Positions 40,093 to 51,923 of a stretch of 64,000 bases of DNA are shown here, one piece after another. This DNA is from Paraphysomonas bandaiensis (lineage: Eukaryota > Protista > Chrysophyceae). How positions within the stretch are numbered: position 1 is the first letter of the stretch; each line of letters begins with the position of its first letter. The DNA lies in contig CBFFRP010000367.1 in the NCBI GenBank assembly GCA_965644295.1, positions 1 through 64,000 of the forward strand, given 5' to 3'. The position numbers and the translations under genes are program-made. The notes beneath the pieces were generated by a model. It was not told the origin of the DNA and made no database searches. It was given only the letters and a program-made list of their open reading frames with translations.

Positions 40093-41699
40093 GCACTTGA
40101 AACGTGCACCCACGATTAGTTTGCAATGTTCTCTTATATTTGCCCATGCTGATTGAAATTAGAATTTTTTCAGAAGAAAGGTGTATTAGCTGTAAATGCT
40201 GGTTCCATTTTCGTGTGAAGGTACTGCGACGCAAGTACTTTCATGGTCAGTAGATAGGTGAGTGATATTTATGACTTATAATAATACCTTTTAGTTATAT
40301 ACAGTTTTAAATAAGAATCTTAGCAGCTACCCCTTGCATACTCTGTAGTAATATAGGAATGTCGCTACTCAGCTGAATATTATTTATTGTGAATAAATAA
40401 AATCATTTTATTATGAAAGCACAACTCATCCGCGGTACTAAATGGATGACTAGGACTGAGTTTCGAAAAAATAGGTTACAATATGTATTATGTATGCTAT
40501 ATATATTAAATTTATGTGATACTACTTAAAGCGGTAGAGGTGTTGCCGTACTCGTAGAGTTGCAACGCAAGTAAGGTTGCTCAACCCGTAACTACATCTA
40601 ATTTTTAAGATAAGCTCCATTTTTCTTAGGTAACGGTAAGACCTGGTTAAATACTCAGCGTCCGTAGGCCTGGACCTAGATAGGTCATTCATATGCTTTT
40701 GTCGTGATCAGATAAAGGCAACTCAATATTTCCTTCCCCATAACAGAAAGACGGTGTAGCGTCAATCCTGGAGTTGGTGAGACAATTTCAACTCGACGAC
40801 TTTGGTACCCGCATGTGTAGATCATGAAATATATGTCAATTGTGGACTAGGTGAACTTATAACGGAGCATTGTTTACGTACAAGCTCCAGATCTTACACA
40901 ATATGAATGGAATCGAATTCGCTAGCCTAAAATCTTTTTCCAGATCTAGTGGATCAAGTTTTTGGTTTTCCATGTCGGGTGGTGGACTGCTCTGCACTTC
41001 GACGGTTTATTAGAAAGGGCGACACCTTCATACTAACGAAAAACGAAAAGTGTTACGATGTAGCTTCCTTCATCAGTTGAGGATTTTGGCGCCGGTGCCG
41101 GTGTTGATCGTTGATCTTATTATGTTGAGTTTTACGTCCTTAAAAATAGCTGTATTTTAGGGTATTGAATAATAACCATTGAATAAAGAATACAGGAGCA
41201 CAAGACAGTATTATTAAATAATGTAAATTAGGTTAGACAATCTACAATATATTGGCTGTATAAAATCGTGTCGATAAAAGATCGTAATAAGTTGGTACGT
41301 AGTTGTGACAACATCGATATACTGTAGGAAAGAAGAAAGTAAACGATGAGAAATGATTACCACAAGTTTACTTGATTGAGAGTGTGTTGTATTTCAAGTT
41401 CAGTTGCTACTTCCAGTGTTCGATGTCAAATTCTGTTAGTGTGAGAGTGACATTCATTACAGTTTGCTCACATCAAATAATATGTTAGAGTTTGAAGGTT
41501 AGGTTAGATTCATACACACTGTCTGTCTGTCTGTGCTGTCTGTGAATTTTACCACATGCTATTCCAAATAGAAATACGTAGCTATATATCAACGGCAGCT
41601 TATTTGTTTTCGATATCACACCATTAATATCTTACTCAAATCTTTTCTAACATAATCGGAACTAACTATGTACATGTAGCCGGAAGCATATAGCCCCAC

Positions 41700-44600
41700 T
41701 CATATTGTTGAGGTATGCATTTGTTGTTGAATTTCCAACAAAAACTCCAGCGCTACCGTTGCACCTAAGTCTTTCTTGCATTCGAGATTTTTCACTGCAG
41801 TTTCTACTACACTCTCAGCCTGAGGAAGTGACGTTAAAATGTTTTTTCCTCCGGTGTTCTGCGTACTTTCCACAACACACATCAGTATGGAAGCAGTCCC
41901 AATGCAAGATGGAAACTTCGACATCAGCTCAAGAGAAAAATTAACAAGAGGAAGAATATTCTGCGACTCTTCCCCTGAGTCCATATTCTCTACATTTCCA
42001 GTACACTTTAAGTAATTTGCAACAAGCTCGGCAGTTTTGTTTATCAGGTTTTCCCTCAACTCCACTTCTTCTTCGTCGTCCTCATCAGAAGAGACTTTCA
42101 ACAACTCCTCAATAAATACCAAAGGTACATCTACACCACCAAAAACGGAGACGTCTTGATCGTGATCCTGCCCAACAAGAGAAACTAAGGCACTACAACA
42201 ACAGAGGCATGACTCCATAGCACTATCTCCGCAGGTTTGCACCCCAGTGGAAAGGCCACTGAGCCTTCTTGAAGACGTGTGGAGAGAGGTCATGTCAAAT
42301 TCATGTAATTGAGACATAAGAGTCACAAAAGTATCTATTAATATCTTGACCCAGCCTGCTGATATCAAATTATCCCTGACACTCTTCGTAATACTTAAGG
42401 AAGCGATACATTTGCACACCATAGTGGTAATGCGGGTGTCAGACACTTCCAATCTATTCGCGGGGTCGTTGTTAACTTTGTGTAGCACTTCTACAAGGGG
42501 AATATATACCTCACATTCTGCAAACATGAGACAGTTCGCAGTATTCTCATTCGACAGTAAAAATATGACCTCCACACAAGCTTCGAAAACAACTTTCCAC
42601 TTCTGTGTAATGTCACCAAGGTACTTCTTCAACACAGTAACGATGACTTCGCAACCACCACTGGAACCAATCATGGACTGGACCTCCCTCGAGTTTCCAG
42701 CCAAGAGTCTCAATAATTCTAAGCACTCCAGCGTGACAGATTCAAGGAGGTAATGGGTGCGTAAGCAATTCACTGCAGCTTCGCATGCCCTACTCCAGTC
42801 GGAAATGGGGTTATCAGTACAATCATGACGATGATATACCTCAGAAAGGATGCTGCAACAATGCTCTGAAATAATGTCACTTACAAAGTGTGATAGTAGC
42901 GCATTTACAACAGCGTCATACAAATTACTTAATGGCCCGATAGCACCTTCAATATAACTTGATTCCATGCTGCTGTGGTAGAAAAAGAACCGCGAAATGG
43001 CGATACTTGAATACTCCACCACACCTTCCTCGTTCGAGTTGCGTACTAATGATGACACAAGTAATTTAAATACCCCAACTTCAGATAGCTTCTCAATATT
43101 ATACTTCGGAAGTGGGTCTGCATTTTGATTGCCAATAAGCTCAGATATGGCAGCAGTACACTGCTCTAACACAGAAGCATTCCCGTCCTTATACAATTCA
43201 AACCCAGTTACAACAATATCACAAGCCCCGAGAGAGCCGAGGGCCACAGCGTTCTCAGTATTGACGTGGCAGAGATTCCTTATGGCCCAGCATCCTTGCT
43301 CCACAATGACAGAACTATTCATATGATGACGCATAAGCTGTAGCATCAACTTGAACAGTGGCACGTTGGACAGGGCAGTGATACTATATTCGTGGTGATC
43401 ATCTGTGAGGTTCACAATTGCCATTAAACCCAATTCGGATATGGTAAGACTCTGAGTAAGACGTTGTAACACTCTAGTCATGACAACGACTATTCCTCCA
43501 TCACAGAGGCTGCATTTGTTTACATCATTGTGATCTGCAAGGTTTACAACTGCTCCGATGGCTAATTCGATGACATTTTCATCCATCTCATAACGCGACA
43601 TGGCGCTAATGACCGCTGTGCACCCTCCACATTTCCCTAGAAGAGCCTTGTTTCTATCATCAATTGCTAAATTCATAATTGCCCAACATGCGTTTCTGAC
43701 AACACTACTTGAGTTCAAATGGTTAGTTAGCGCACTGATAACCCCTTCACATGATTTAGATTGACCCAAACTGCTCTTTGCGCTGTCCTCTGACGCCATA
43801 CTGAGAACAATTTGGCAGCAGTGATCAACTACAGTGACATCACTTTCATACTGGGAAAGTACATTCCCCACCACTTCACAAACACCCGCCTCTTCTAATA
43901 CAGTAATATTCTGTGATACTGAAGCCAAGACCGCAAGACACTCGCACACCGCTTCTACGACGTTGCGTCGTTTATCGTTATTTACAGTGGAGAGAAGGTT
44001 ATCGCCAAGTACACTAGACTCATCCAGACAATACCTCTGCAGTAAAGCAACACTAGTTTCAGAGAATCCGCAGTTCCCAATAATGACTGCATCGCCATCG
44101 TGAGATAAGCACATATTCGTGAGTGCCTTACAACCCTCCACTGTAATTTCAGCATTGTCATCATCACTTTCATGAGCCCGTAGAGATCTCACTACCTTTT
44201 CAGCAGCATTGCAGTTTACAAAATCGGTCTTGAGCTTATCATTGCCCTGTATATGGGCGATGGATGATATACGACTGATCACGCGACACGCTGATAATGT
44301 CACATGCGCATCTGTGAGATAAGCCACCAGACATTCCACCACATACTCACACAGACCTTTTGCATTCAAACTAGCCATTTGGTTTTCAAATCGACAATCC
44401 AACATCGAGTCTAACAGAAGGAAGAGTATACCGAGACAACGTATTACCAACTCTTTTCGACCAGTGTGTGCCCTAAGCACTCTCACCAGGACTGCTATCC
44501 AATTTCTTGGTGGGGAAATATCTGTAGAAGAACCAAGAAGATATGGAGATCGGCCCGACTTCCCGCATGTGTGAAGAGAATACCCTACAAGAATTAGCGA

Positions 44601-47600
44601 AGCTTCCACAACGTCTGTATCATCATACAGGTGTTCCAGAACACGACACATAATATGGTCGAATGAAATATCATTCGACTGGTCAGGGCTATTTGAAACT
44701 GGACAGAGGGTACGCATAAAAGAATCGTCGGCGACAGCAACAGAATTCAGGACTCCTGTAGCAGCAGACACCACAACAGCATTATCGCTGTTTTCCTGAA
44801 GTACGCTCAAGAGCGCTGGTCCCACACCAGCACCACTGAGAGCAGCACACACCCTGGAGCTAGACTTCGCTACCGCCAATAGAGCACTGCAGCACGCTTC
44901 AATGACGTTTTCATCGGCTAGGTGCGCCTTCAGTGCTTCTACCAGAGCTATACCAACGCCCATCATATCCTGTGCGTTAGGACTACGCGATCCACTGCAC
45001 AACTGCATGATACTGCGACAGCAATGCTTCACGACCTCAAAGCTGCCGAGTTGATATCTCAACACGGCAACCATTGCCTCACATACAGGAGTGGACCTCA
45101 CACGCCTTAAGCCTTCTTCGGTCGAAGTTAGATTCGTAATAATTACACAGCTGTACTCCGTAATATAAGGATTATGCACGCGCGACAACAAAACGCCAAC
45201 GACATGGTCACATACACCACCATACAGCATACGCAACAGATGGGCACTATCCTTAGATAGCACCGCAAGAACCAAGCAACCAAACTTTGCAATGTTTTCA
45301 GTCCCAGAGTAGAGCTTTAGTGCTTCTATGGCACTTATCACAGCATGACAGTCCAGAAGACGCGGCATATTCGAAGCCTCAGTCGCCAAACTCACAACTG
45401 CACGCAGTGCACATTCAATCGCAAGCAAGTGATCCTGATCTTCAACAACTGGGGGTTCTAAAGCGCGATTTAAACTGGAAATGACAACTTGACATGCACC
45501 TAAGTTTCCAAGTATCGCACTGTAGGCCGATTCAATAGCAAGTTCACACATTGTCAAGCAAGCAAATCGCACAATACGGAGATGTGATGTATACGTTTTC
45601 ATGCAACGTATCAGGACATCACCTACGCTAGATGCCGTCTTCGCTGATATCATAATGATTTTTCCGCCACCACTGCCTGGCAAATAATCTGCAATATTTC
45701 CACCGCTTCCCACAGCAACTGCTGCTGCAATAAGTGCTTGGAGTAGCTGGCAGCCTTTCAGAGATATTTCCTTGCTATTGTTGTGAATGCGCAATATCTT
45801 TACCACAATGTCAAAAGCGCCCATATCTTCACCGAACCCACCACCACCGCGGCGTCCACCACCAGCACTTTTACGTTTCGAAGCACTCCCTGATGTCGTT
45901 GCCAAAGCAACCGAATCCTCGGCGACAACTCTGAGCACTGTGATCAGTGCATTGAATCCAGTTGAAATTACCTTCTTGCTCAGACTATTTTTTTGGATAA
46001 CTCTGAATATCACCGTGTTGGTTCCCGTGGCTGAGTATTTCAATGCATTAGTGCGGTTGTCAGTAGAGAGAGCCAGAACTGCAGCACAAGCCTTGATTGC
46101 AATATCCTCACTACCAAGGTGAAGCGTCATCGCAGCAATTGTTTTCTCACAGGCGCCATATTCGCCAAAGCGCTCTCTGTTTTTCCCATTATCGGCCGCA
46201 AGACAGACGATTGCATTAAGACAGAGGTATATGATACCTATGTTATCACTCTGGCCTTGACTGGCTTTGACAATTGCCTCGTCACTGGTATAGTTGCTGA
46301 TGATCTGGACCACCACTTCGCACACCCCTGCTTCTCCAAGTAAATCCTTTAGGTGGTATCTCGATGCCTTTTCAATATTTCCCCGAGGAGGCCGTGTACT
46401 GGCTAGAAAGCCAATGGAAACAAGTGCCTGCTCAAGCACCTCCTCGACATTCATGTACATTCGCGTCGATTTCACAAGAATCGATGGCACATCACATTCA
46501 GATAATCGAATGCAGTTCTCGTAGTTATCTCTCGCCAATCTCTGCACTGCCTTCCATCCCAATTCGGCAATCATATCATTATGACTATGTACTGTGATAG
46601 CCTGCAATAGCACTTCACATGCACCGCACTTTCCAGCAATGTTGCGGTTATCGTGGTCTAATACAAGCTTATCAATAGCCATACAGCCGAATTCTACTAC
46701 CGATTGATGATGCAAATGCCTTGACACACATTTGACTACCAACTCGCACACTCCTATTTCACCTAAACACTTTCGATTTTCTTGGCAAAGGCCAAGGTTC
46801 TGAATAGCCATAAGAGACCACGTAGTAATATCTTTTTTCTCCATAAATTTCTGCAATATCGTAATAATTACCTCGCATCCACAAGTAGCAAATCGAATAT
46901 TATTTTTTTCGTTGAGCGCCAAATTTATGAGTGCCCATAGGCTTTGCTTGAGAACATTTTCTGAAGAAATATATTTCCTGATTACCTTGACAACTGTTTC
47001 ACATGCTCCGGCATCGCCAAGTTTGGCGTTATTCGTATCTTCAGATCCCAGATTCATAGTAGCTTTGCATCCATATAGAGCTATTTTGTCACAGCCCATA
47101 TGCGCATTCATGATACCAACAATTATTGCTGGTAGTTCTAATTCTCCAAATCTAATGTTATTGGCATCGTTTGCTGTGGTTTTGTCCTGTCCATATCTGC
47201 TCAAATAACACACCGCACGGAGGCCATTTTCACACACGATACTTGAGTGGGGAAACGAAAACAGTGCATTGCGGACTTCATCGCACGCCCCTTCCTCTCC
47301 AAGAGCCTGTTGTCGTTCCGCGTTTCCCTCAGCTAGCTGAGACACACAACGAAGAGCGTTTGCCACTGACAGCTCACTCTTATTCTTCAATCCTCGTTTT
47401 AAGAGGACCAGGGACTCGGGCACCCCCACTTCTATGGCCTCGTCAGGTGAGGGGGGCGACTTAGTCAGAGTAAGAGGACTGGAAATTGTCAACTCATCTC
47501 TGACTGAGTTATCATGACAGAACTCAGCAGCTTCATTTGCATCAGGTTGAATTTGCGTAACACCAATATCATTATGCAATACAATGTCACTGTGAACCGA

Positions 47601-50600
47601 TACTTTCGACCCATTGGATGGTCCACAATCAGACAAAGTTCTCTCATATTGAACTTCTGAGAGTGCCCTCAGAGTGTCTGCACATATATTCGCCACTCGA
47701 GAATTATGTGCGAAATCTTTTACTGCCTTCGTCAACACGTTTCTGGCACCGGCAGCCATAAGCTGTGAATGGTTAGCGTCATGCAATAACAGACTTCTTA
47801 TCACACCACAACCCATCTCAGCCACCACAGAGTAAGTATCGCCTGATGTTCTACCTTTTCGGCGGTACGACTTGATAGCACGAACGACCACCTCACACGC
47901 GCCAGCAGCTGCAGCAGCAGCTGCTGCATCACTAACACCACTTCCTGCATCTTCACTTGTTCCAATTATATGTTTTAAAGCTACAAGACCATGTTCCACA
48001 ACACTTTCACACCCGGGACTGCCTACATACCGACCAATCATGTTGATCACATTCAGGCTGATATCGGGACGAGTGTGTTGTTCTACAGTAGATCGCGATG
48101 AAGTGTATAAGTTGGCAATTGCCAAGCAGCATATTTCTTGAATAACTCCGTCGTCCACGTACTTATTCATAGCGTCCAGCAGTATACTGCCTCCATCAGC
48201 TTGGGCAATGACAACACAGTTTTCACAATCCAGAGTCAACTGTTGCACTGCCATACACCCATATTCACAAAGTGCATTCAGCTCGTCGTTGTCGCCTTCT
48301 ACACTGATATGAGCCTCTAACGCCTTCAAAACATGGTCACATACTCCCGCACGGCCTAGAGTTTTTCTATTTGATTCAGAAAGTGCTAAATTCTGAACAC
48401 CAATCAGCATAATAGTTAGCATGTCAACAGGGGTGTGTTGCCACAGCTTCAGAAAAGACGCTAAGTATTCACAGCCTCGGGACACGCCAATTCGAGCATT
48501 ATTCTCTGCACACAGAGCCATATTCACAATTGCCCCCCATCCTTGCTTCACAACATCTAAGAGATGTGACTCACTGCTATAACTACCTTGAGGATCAGAC
48601 TTGATGGTATCTTTGTACTGCTGACGAAGTATCTTAAGAACGATCTCGCATGCACCAAGTGCTCCTAGTTTATCATTGTTAGCTTCGTCTGAAGCTAGAC
48701 TAGTTATGGCACGAAAACTCCACACGCAGAGAATACTGCTGTCACGTAGAGTGTCGCCACAATGCTCAAGCAGGACAGACACAACCGCTTTACACAGCCC
48801 CGCCCTCCCTAGAGCGGCGACATTATAAGGATTCGATGTGATCTTACTGGTACCATATCTGCACATCCAACATATGGCTTCCAGACCAGCCTGACAGACA
48901 ATTGTCGACTCTATCATCGGTAGCATAACATGAGCAATCAATTCGCACGCCCCACTTTCTCCCAGGATTTTTTGGTTGATACCTTCATTTCCCTCCGCCA
49001 ATTTCGCTATCAAAGACAATGCACAAGCACAATACTCCTCCGACTGATTCTTACCAGCGGCAATGCGCAGCACTTGCATCGCCTCCTCAACGTTGCACTT
49101 CTGTGCAAGTGACATTTCTGTACTGTCTAACGCTAATGCCTCAGTGTTCCTACCACCAGAGTCTTGCTCGCTATCTTCGTGCACTCTTCTAAACGATTCG
49201 TTCATGGCGCTCAAAGTGCAGTTATCATGCACATTTGACCTGCTACTCCTAGGTCTATTACCACTGACATCGCTCTCTCCGACATCGCTTGCTTCAGAGC
49301 TGCTCGAGCTGTCGTCCACACTATTGACTCTCGAATATTTTTGATTCAAAAGCAAAGACGTACCCAATCGCTGAGTAGTTGAAAAGCTATCACTTTGCTC
49401 GGAGTCATCGTAATCGTGGCGACTAAGGCTAGCCAACGCAGCCAGTCCAATACTTTCGATGTCTTCATTAGCAAAATGATCCTTTACGAGCCTCGTCACC
49501 ACCGTATATGCATCAGCGTCAGATAACATTCGCCGATTTTCATCAGAACTATGAGCTAATATTTGGACTGCTCCACATCCCATTTCAACGACTGCCTCGT
49601 TGTTACGGTGCATTTGTAATGCTCTCACAACATCTTCACATGCACCAGCAGCACCTAACTTATAACTGTTGGGCTGGTTATTCTCCGCGAGAACTCTAAT
49701 GGCCCAACAAGAAACTTCTGCCACAGTGGAGCTTCCGAGATGACTATTTAGCGATTTGCAAACTGCATCCGCAGCTCCTAGCGCACCCAAAACTGTTCTG
49801 TATTCGACACTGTGTTGTGCTAGATTTTTGATAGCCCAGCACCCAAGCTCCGCCACCACTTCGCAACTACTGTCTTCGCAATGCACAAGCAAGACTGGGA
49901 CTATACATTCGCACACACCAGCAACACCCAGACCGTTCATAATACTTGAACTACTCGATTCAGATGCACCGTCGTTACCTTCCGAGTCCGTCAAATTAAC
50001 TATAGTCCCGAATGCAAACTCGGCTAAGGCAGCGCTATCAGGATGCAACTGCAGCGCTGTTACGATGACATCGCACACACCACTCGAGACGAGGCGATTG
50101 CGGTTCTCTTCGTGGTTGTAGGTTAAATTCATCAGAGCCATACAACCCCTTTGGGCCGCACCCTCGTCTGCAATATGGATGCGAAGAACACTCACCACAT
50201 GTTCGCATACCCCAGCATCACCAAGCAAGTGGTTATTATAGTCGTTATTATTGGCTAAATTCTGAACAGCCATGAAGGCTTGAGTCGATATTTCCAGATC
50301 GTTGGGAAAACGTCCGAGTGCATTGACCACGAGCTCTGCTGCCCCCTTTAACCCCAGTTCATTTTTATTATTCTTGTTCAGTGCCAGATTTTGAGTGGCC
50401 ATGCACGCCCACAGGGTGAGATTTCTATTAGTCTGATTTGTTCTCCAGAAAAGTACTACTGCGGTGCATGCATGTGCCTCGCCTAGCCGAATGTTATTCT
50501 CAGGGCTGAGGGCAAGATTAATGAGGGCCCCCCAAACCTGGAGGCAAAAATCCTCGTCCACTACCATCCCAGCGCCTAAGCCATCCGTTGCATCAACTCG

Positions 50601-51923
50601 GCCGAGGTCCACAGACTGATACCGTTCAAAGATTTGCGTCACTGTATTACAAGCACCTTCCTCACCAAACCTCAAATTATTCGTCATATCAGACGACAAA
50701 TTCATTATCGCCTTACAAGCCCAAAATACAATTTCTTCGTTCTCAATATGTGACTCAGCTGCTAACACGACTGCCCCACAAACCCCAGCAGCACCAAAAA
50801 GCGATATATTCTGTGGGCTGGAAGTGTGTCGACCAATACCATATCGACTAAGCCAGCACACTGCTCGTAATGCCGTTTCACACACAAGGGCCGAGGAGTG
50901 CATATCTCTAAGGAGAGAGACTATGACCTCGCAACCACCAGCTGCCCCATAGGCCCGTTGGTACTCTTCACTTCCTTCTGTCAGTCCCGCTACTCCCGTC
51001 AAAGCTACCGCCGCCAGAGAAAAGTCGTTTTCATGTAGTGCCTGCTCCATTGCTTTCATCGTGTTTTCTACGGTAGGTTTGGAGGTGACAGAGAGATCAA
51101 CATAATTTTCTGCAAGAGCTTTGACGCAACTAGAACCACTGAGATTGGTCGCCCCATCAGTGCTTGAACCGCCTTTATGGGGCGAGAGCGATCCTGCAAC
51201 AATCAGGCCACCAGCTTTTAGTGCACCCAAAATAACCCTAGCATCGCCTGCATCCAAGACTACATCCTGCAAGAAATTCGGCTCCCTGTAGAGTTTTCGA
51301 CCCAATTTAGCTTCACTGCTTAGCCCCCTTCTGACAAAAGCAGCAGCATATGACTCTGCTCTTTCCGAAGTTAGGTCCGTGCACGATACAAGCCAGTGAA
51401 ATATGAGTTCTTCGCTTGCCGGTCGCGCAAGCTGCTTGGTGGTGTCTTCGAACGATAGGGACGAGGACATCTGAAGAAGAGAAGGACCATCTTGACTCCG
51501 ACCTTTTTTCTTTATTTCAACCGGTGCCGTCATTTCACAACTCCCCACAGCAAGGTGAGGCATTCCACTATTTTCCCGTGGCAGGAACAATGGTTCGTCC
51601 ATCATGATATCCGTCAGCTTTTGACTCAAACTGTTGAATTTATTCTGCATTTTACTTTTATTGAAGCTGCCAAGTATACTCTTTACAGAACATTTTTTCA
51701 AGAAGTGCTGGATATCAAGAAGTAGTGTTATAACGCGATGATAGATTCGTGGTGATATTGGTTCATTAGCCATGTAAAGAGACTGCACAGTTGATATCAA
51801 GCCGACTATTTTGGTATCTAAACGATAACAATTCTTCTTGTTGACCTTAACTTCTTTCATTAATCTATTTGTTTCGCGAAGTTTGTTCAATATATCAGAA
51901 TACATTTCAGCCATGTCTGACAT
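41700..51923 (-). CDS. Giant intronless protein (~3407 aa): MLKL/HeLo-like N-terminal four-helix domain, SAM-like domain and armadillo-repeat arrays
   Basis: Single 10.2-kb ORF, first ATG at 51923. N-terminus KEVKVNKKNCYRLDTKIVGL...KFNSLSQKL; SAM-like LIFHWL...YAAAF...GDARVILGAL; dozens of ~42-aa ARM units (LGxxGACE.VV..L..H...V...GC.AI.NLA). Confidence 0.85.
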   Translation of the reverse strand: MSDMAEMYSDILNKLRETNRLMKEVKVNKKNCYRLDTKIVGLISTVQSLYMANEPISPRIYHRVITLLLDIQHFLKKCSVKSILGSFNKSKMQNKFNSLSQKLTDIMMDEPLFLPRENSGMPHLAVGSCEMTAPVEIKKKGRSQDGPSLLQMSSSLSFEDTTKQLARPASEELIFHWLVSCTDLTSERAESYAAAFVRRGLSSEAKLGRKLYREPNFLQDVVLDAGDARVILGALKAGGLIVAGSLSPHKGGSSTDGATNLSGSSCVKALAENYVDLSVTSKPTVENTMKAMEQALHENDFSLAAVALTGVAGLTEGSEEYQRAYGAAGGCEVIVSLLRDMHSSALVCETALRAVCWLSRYGIGRHTSSPQNISLFGAAGVCGAVVLAAESHIENEEIVFWACKAIMNLSSDMTNNLRFGEEGACNTVTQIFERYQSVDLGRVDATDGLGAGMVVDEDFCLQVWGALINLALSPENNIRLGEAHACTAVVLFWRTNQTNRNLTLWACMATQNLALNKNNKNELGLKGAAELVVNALGRFPNDLEISTQAFMAVQNLANNNDYNNHLLGDAGVCEHVVSVLRIHIADEGAAQRGCMALMNLTYNHEENRNRLVSSGVCDVIVTALQLHPDSAALAEFAFGTIVNLTDSEGNDGASESSSSSIMNGLGVAGVCECIVPVLLVHCEDSSCEVVAELGCWAIKNLAQHSVEYRTVLGALGAADAVCKSLNSHLGSSTVAEVSCWAIRVLAENNQPNSYKLGAAGACEDVVRALQMHRNNEAVVEMGCGAVQILAHSSDENRRMLSDADAYTVVTRLVKDHFANEDIESIGLAALASLSRHDYDDSEQSDSFSTTQRLGTSLLLNQKYSRVNSVDDSSSSSEASDVGESDVSGNRPRSSRSNVHDNCTLSAMNESFRRVHEDSEQDSGGRNTEALALDSTEMSLAQKCNVEEAMQVLRIAAGKNQSEEYCACALSLIAKLAEGNEGINQKILGESGACELIAHVMLPMIESTIVCQAGLEAICWMCRYGTSKITSNPYNVAALGRAGLCKAVVSVLLEHCGDTLRDSSILCVWSFRAITSLASDEANNDKLGALGACEIVLKILRQQYKDTIKSDPQGSYSSESHLLDVVKQGWGAIVNMALCAENNARIGVSRGCEYLASFLKLWQHTPVDMLTIMLIGVQNLALSESNRKTLGRAGVCDHVLKALEAHISVEGDNDELNALCEYGCMAVQQLTLDCENCVVIAQADGGSILLDAMNKYVDDGVIQEICCLAIANLYTSSRSTVEQHTRPDISLNVINMIGRYVGSPGCESVVEHGLVALKHIIGTSEDAGSGVSDAAAAAAAAGACEVVVRAIKSYRRKGRTSGDTYSVVAEMGCGVIRSLLLHDANHSQLMAAGARNVLTKAVKDFAHNSRVANICADTLRALSEVQYERTLSDCGPSNGSKVSVHSDIVLHNDIGVTQIQPDANEAAEFCHDNSVRDELTISSPLTLTKSPPSPDEAIEVGVPESLVLLKRGLKNKSELSVANALRCVSQLAEGNAERQQALGEEGACDEVRNALFSFPHSSIVCENGLRAVCYLSRYGQDKTTANDANNIRFGELELPAIIVGIMNAHMGCDKIALYGCKATMNLGSEDTNNAKLGDAGACETVVKVIRKYISSENVLKQSLWALINLALNEKNNIRFATCGCEVIITILQKFMEKKDITTWSLMAIQNLGLCQENRKCLGEIGVCELVVKCVSRHLHHQSVVEFGCMAIDKLVLDHDNRNIAGKCGACEVLLQAITVHSHNDMIAELGWKAVQRLARDNYENCIRLSECDVPSILVKSTRMYMNVEEVLEQALVSIGFLASTRPPRGNIEKASRYHLKDLLGEAGVCEVVVQIISNYTSDEAIVKASQGQSDNIGIIYLCLNAIVCLAADNGKNRERFGEYGACEKTIAAMTLHLGSEDIAIKACAAVLALSTDNRTNALKYSATGTNTVIFRVIQKNSLSKKVISTGFNALITVLRVVAEDSVALATTSGSASKRKSAGGGRRGGGGFGEDMGAFDIVVKILRIHNNSKEISLKGCQLLQALIAAAVAVGSGGNIADYLPGSGGGKIIMISAKTASSVGDVLIRCMKTYTSHLRIVRFACLTMCELAIESAYSAILGNLGACQVVISSLNRALEPPVVEDQDHLLAIECALRAVVSLATEASNMPRLLDCHAVISAIEALKLYSGTENIAKFGCLVLAVLSKDSAHLLRMLYGGVCDHVVGVLLSRVHNPYITEYSCVIITNLTSTEEGLRRVRSTPVCEAMVAVLRYQLGSFEVVKHCCRSIMQLCSGSRSPNAQDMMGVGIALVEALKAHLADENVIEACCSALLAVAKSSSRVCAALSGAGVGPALLSVLQENSDNAVVVSAATGVLNSVAVADDSFMRTLCPVSNSPDQSNDISFDHIMCRVLEHLYDDTDVVEASLILVGYSLHTCGKSGRSPYLLGSSTDISPPRNWIAVLVRVLRAHTGRKELVIRCLGILFLLLDSMLDCRFENQMASLNAKGLCEYVVECLVAYLTDAHVTLSACRVISRISSIAHIQGNDKLKTDFVNCNAAEKVVRSLRAHESDDDNAEITVEGCKALTNMCLSHDGDAVIIGNCGFSETSVALLQRYCLDESSVLGDNLLSTVNNDKRRNVVEAVCECLAVLASVSQNITVLEEAGVCEVVGNVLSQYESDVTVVDHCCQIVLSMASEDSAKSSLGQSKSCEGVISALTNHLNSSSVVRNACWAIMNLAIDDRNKALLGKCGGCTAVISAMSRYEMDENVIELAIGAVVNLADHNDVNKCSLCDGGIVVVMTRVLQRLTQSLTISELGLMAIVNLTDDHHEYSITALSNVPLFKLMLQLMRHHMNSSVIVEQGCWAIRNLCHVNTENAVALGSLGACDIVVTGFELYKDGNASVLEQCTAAISELIGNQNADPLPKYNIEKLSEVGVFKLLVSSLVRNSNEEGVVEYSSIAISRFFFYHSSMESSYIEGAIGPLSNLYDAVVNALLSHFVSDIISEHCCSILSEVYHRHDCTDNPISDWSRACEAAVNCLRTHYLLESVTLECLELLRLLAGNSREVQSMIGSSGGCEVIVTVLKKYLGDITQKWKVVFEACVEVIFLLSNENTANCLMFAECEVYIPLVEVLHKVNNDPANRLEVSDTRITTMVCKCIASLSITKSVRDNLISAGWVKILIDTFVTLMSQLHEFDMTSLHTSSRRLSGLSTGVQTCGDSAMESCLCCCSALVSLVGQDHDQDVSVFGGVDVPLVFIEELLKVSSDEDDEEEVELRENLINKTAELVANYLKCTGNVENMDSGEESQNILPLVNFSLELMSKFPSCIGTASILMCVVESTQNTGGKNILTSLPQAESVVETAVKNLECKKDLGATVALEFLLEIQQQMHTSTI

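Noticed and set aside
40430-41110. Possible transposase or RT remnant (APDLTQYEW resembling Tc1 SPDLNPIE; KKNG...TPLP resembling gypsy RT)
   Set aside because: The motifs are too short and broken by stops to support a call.
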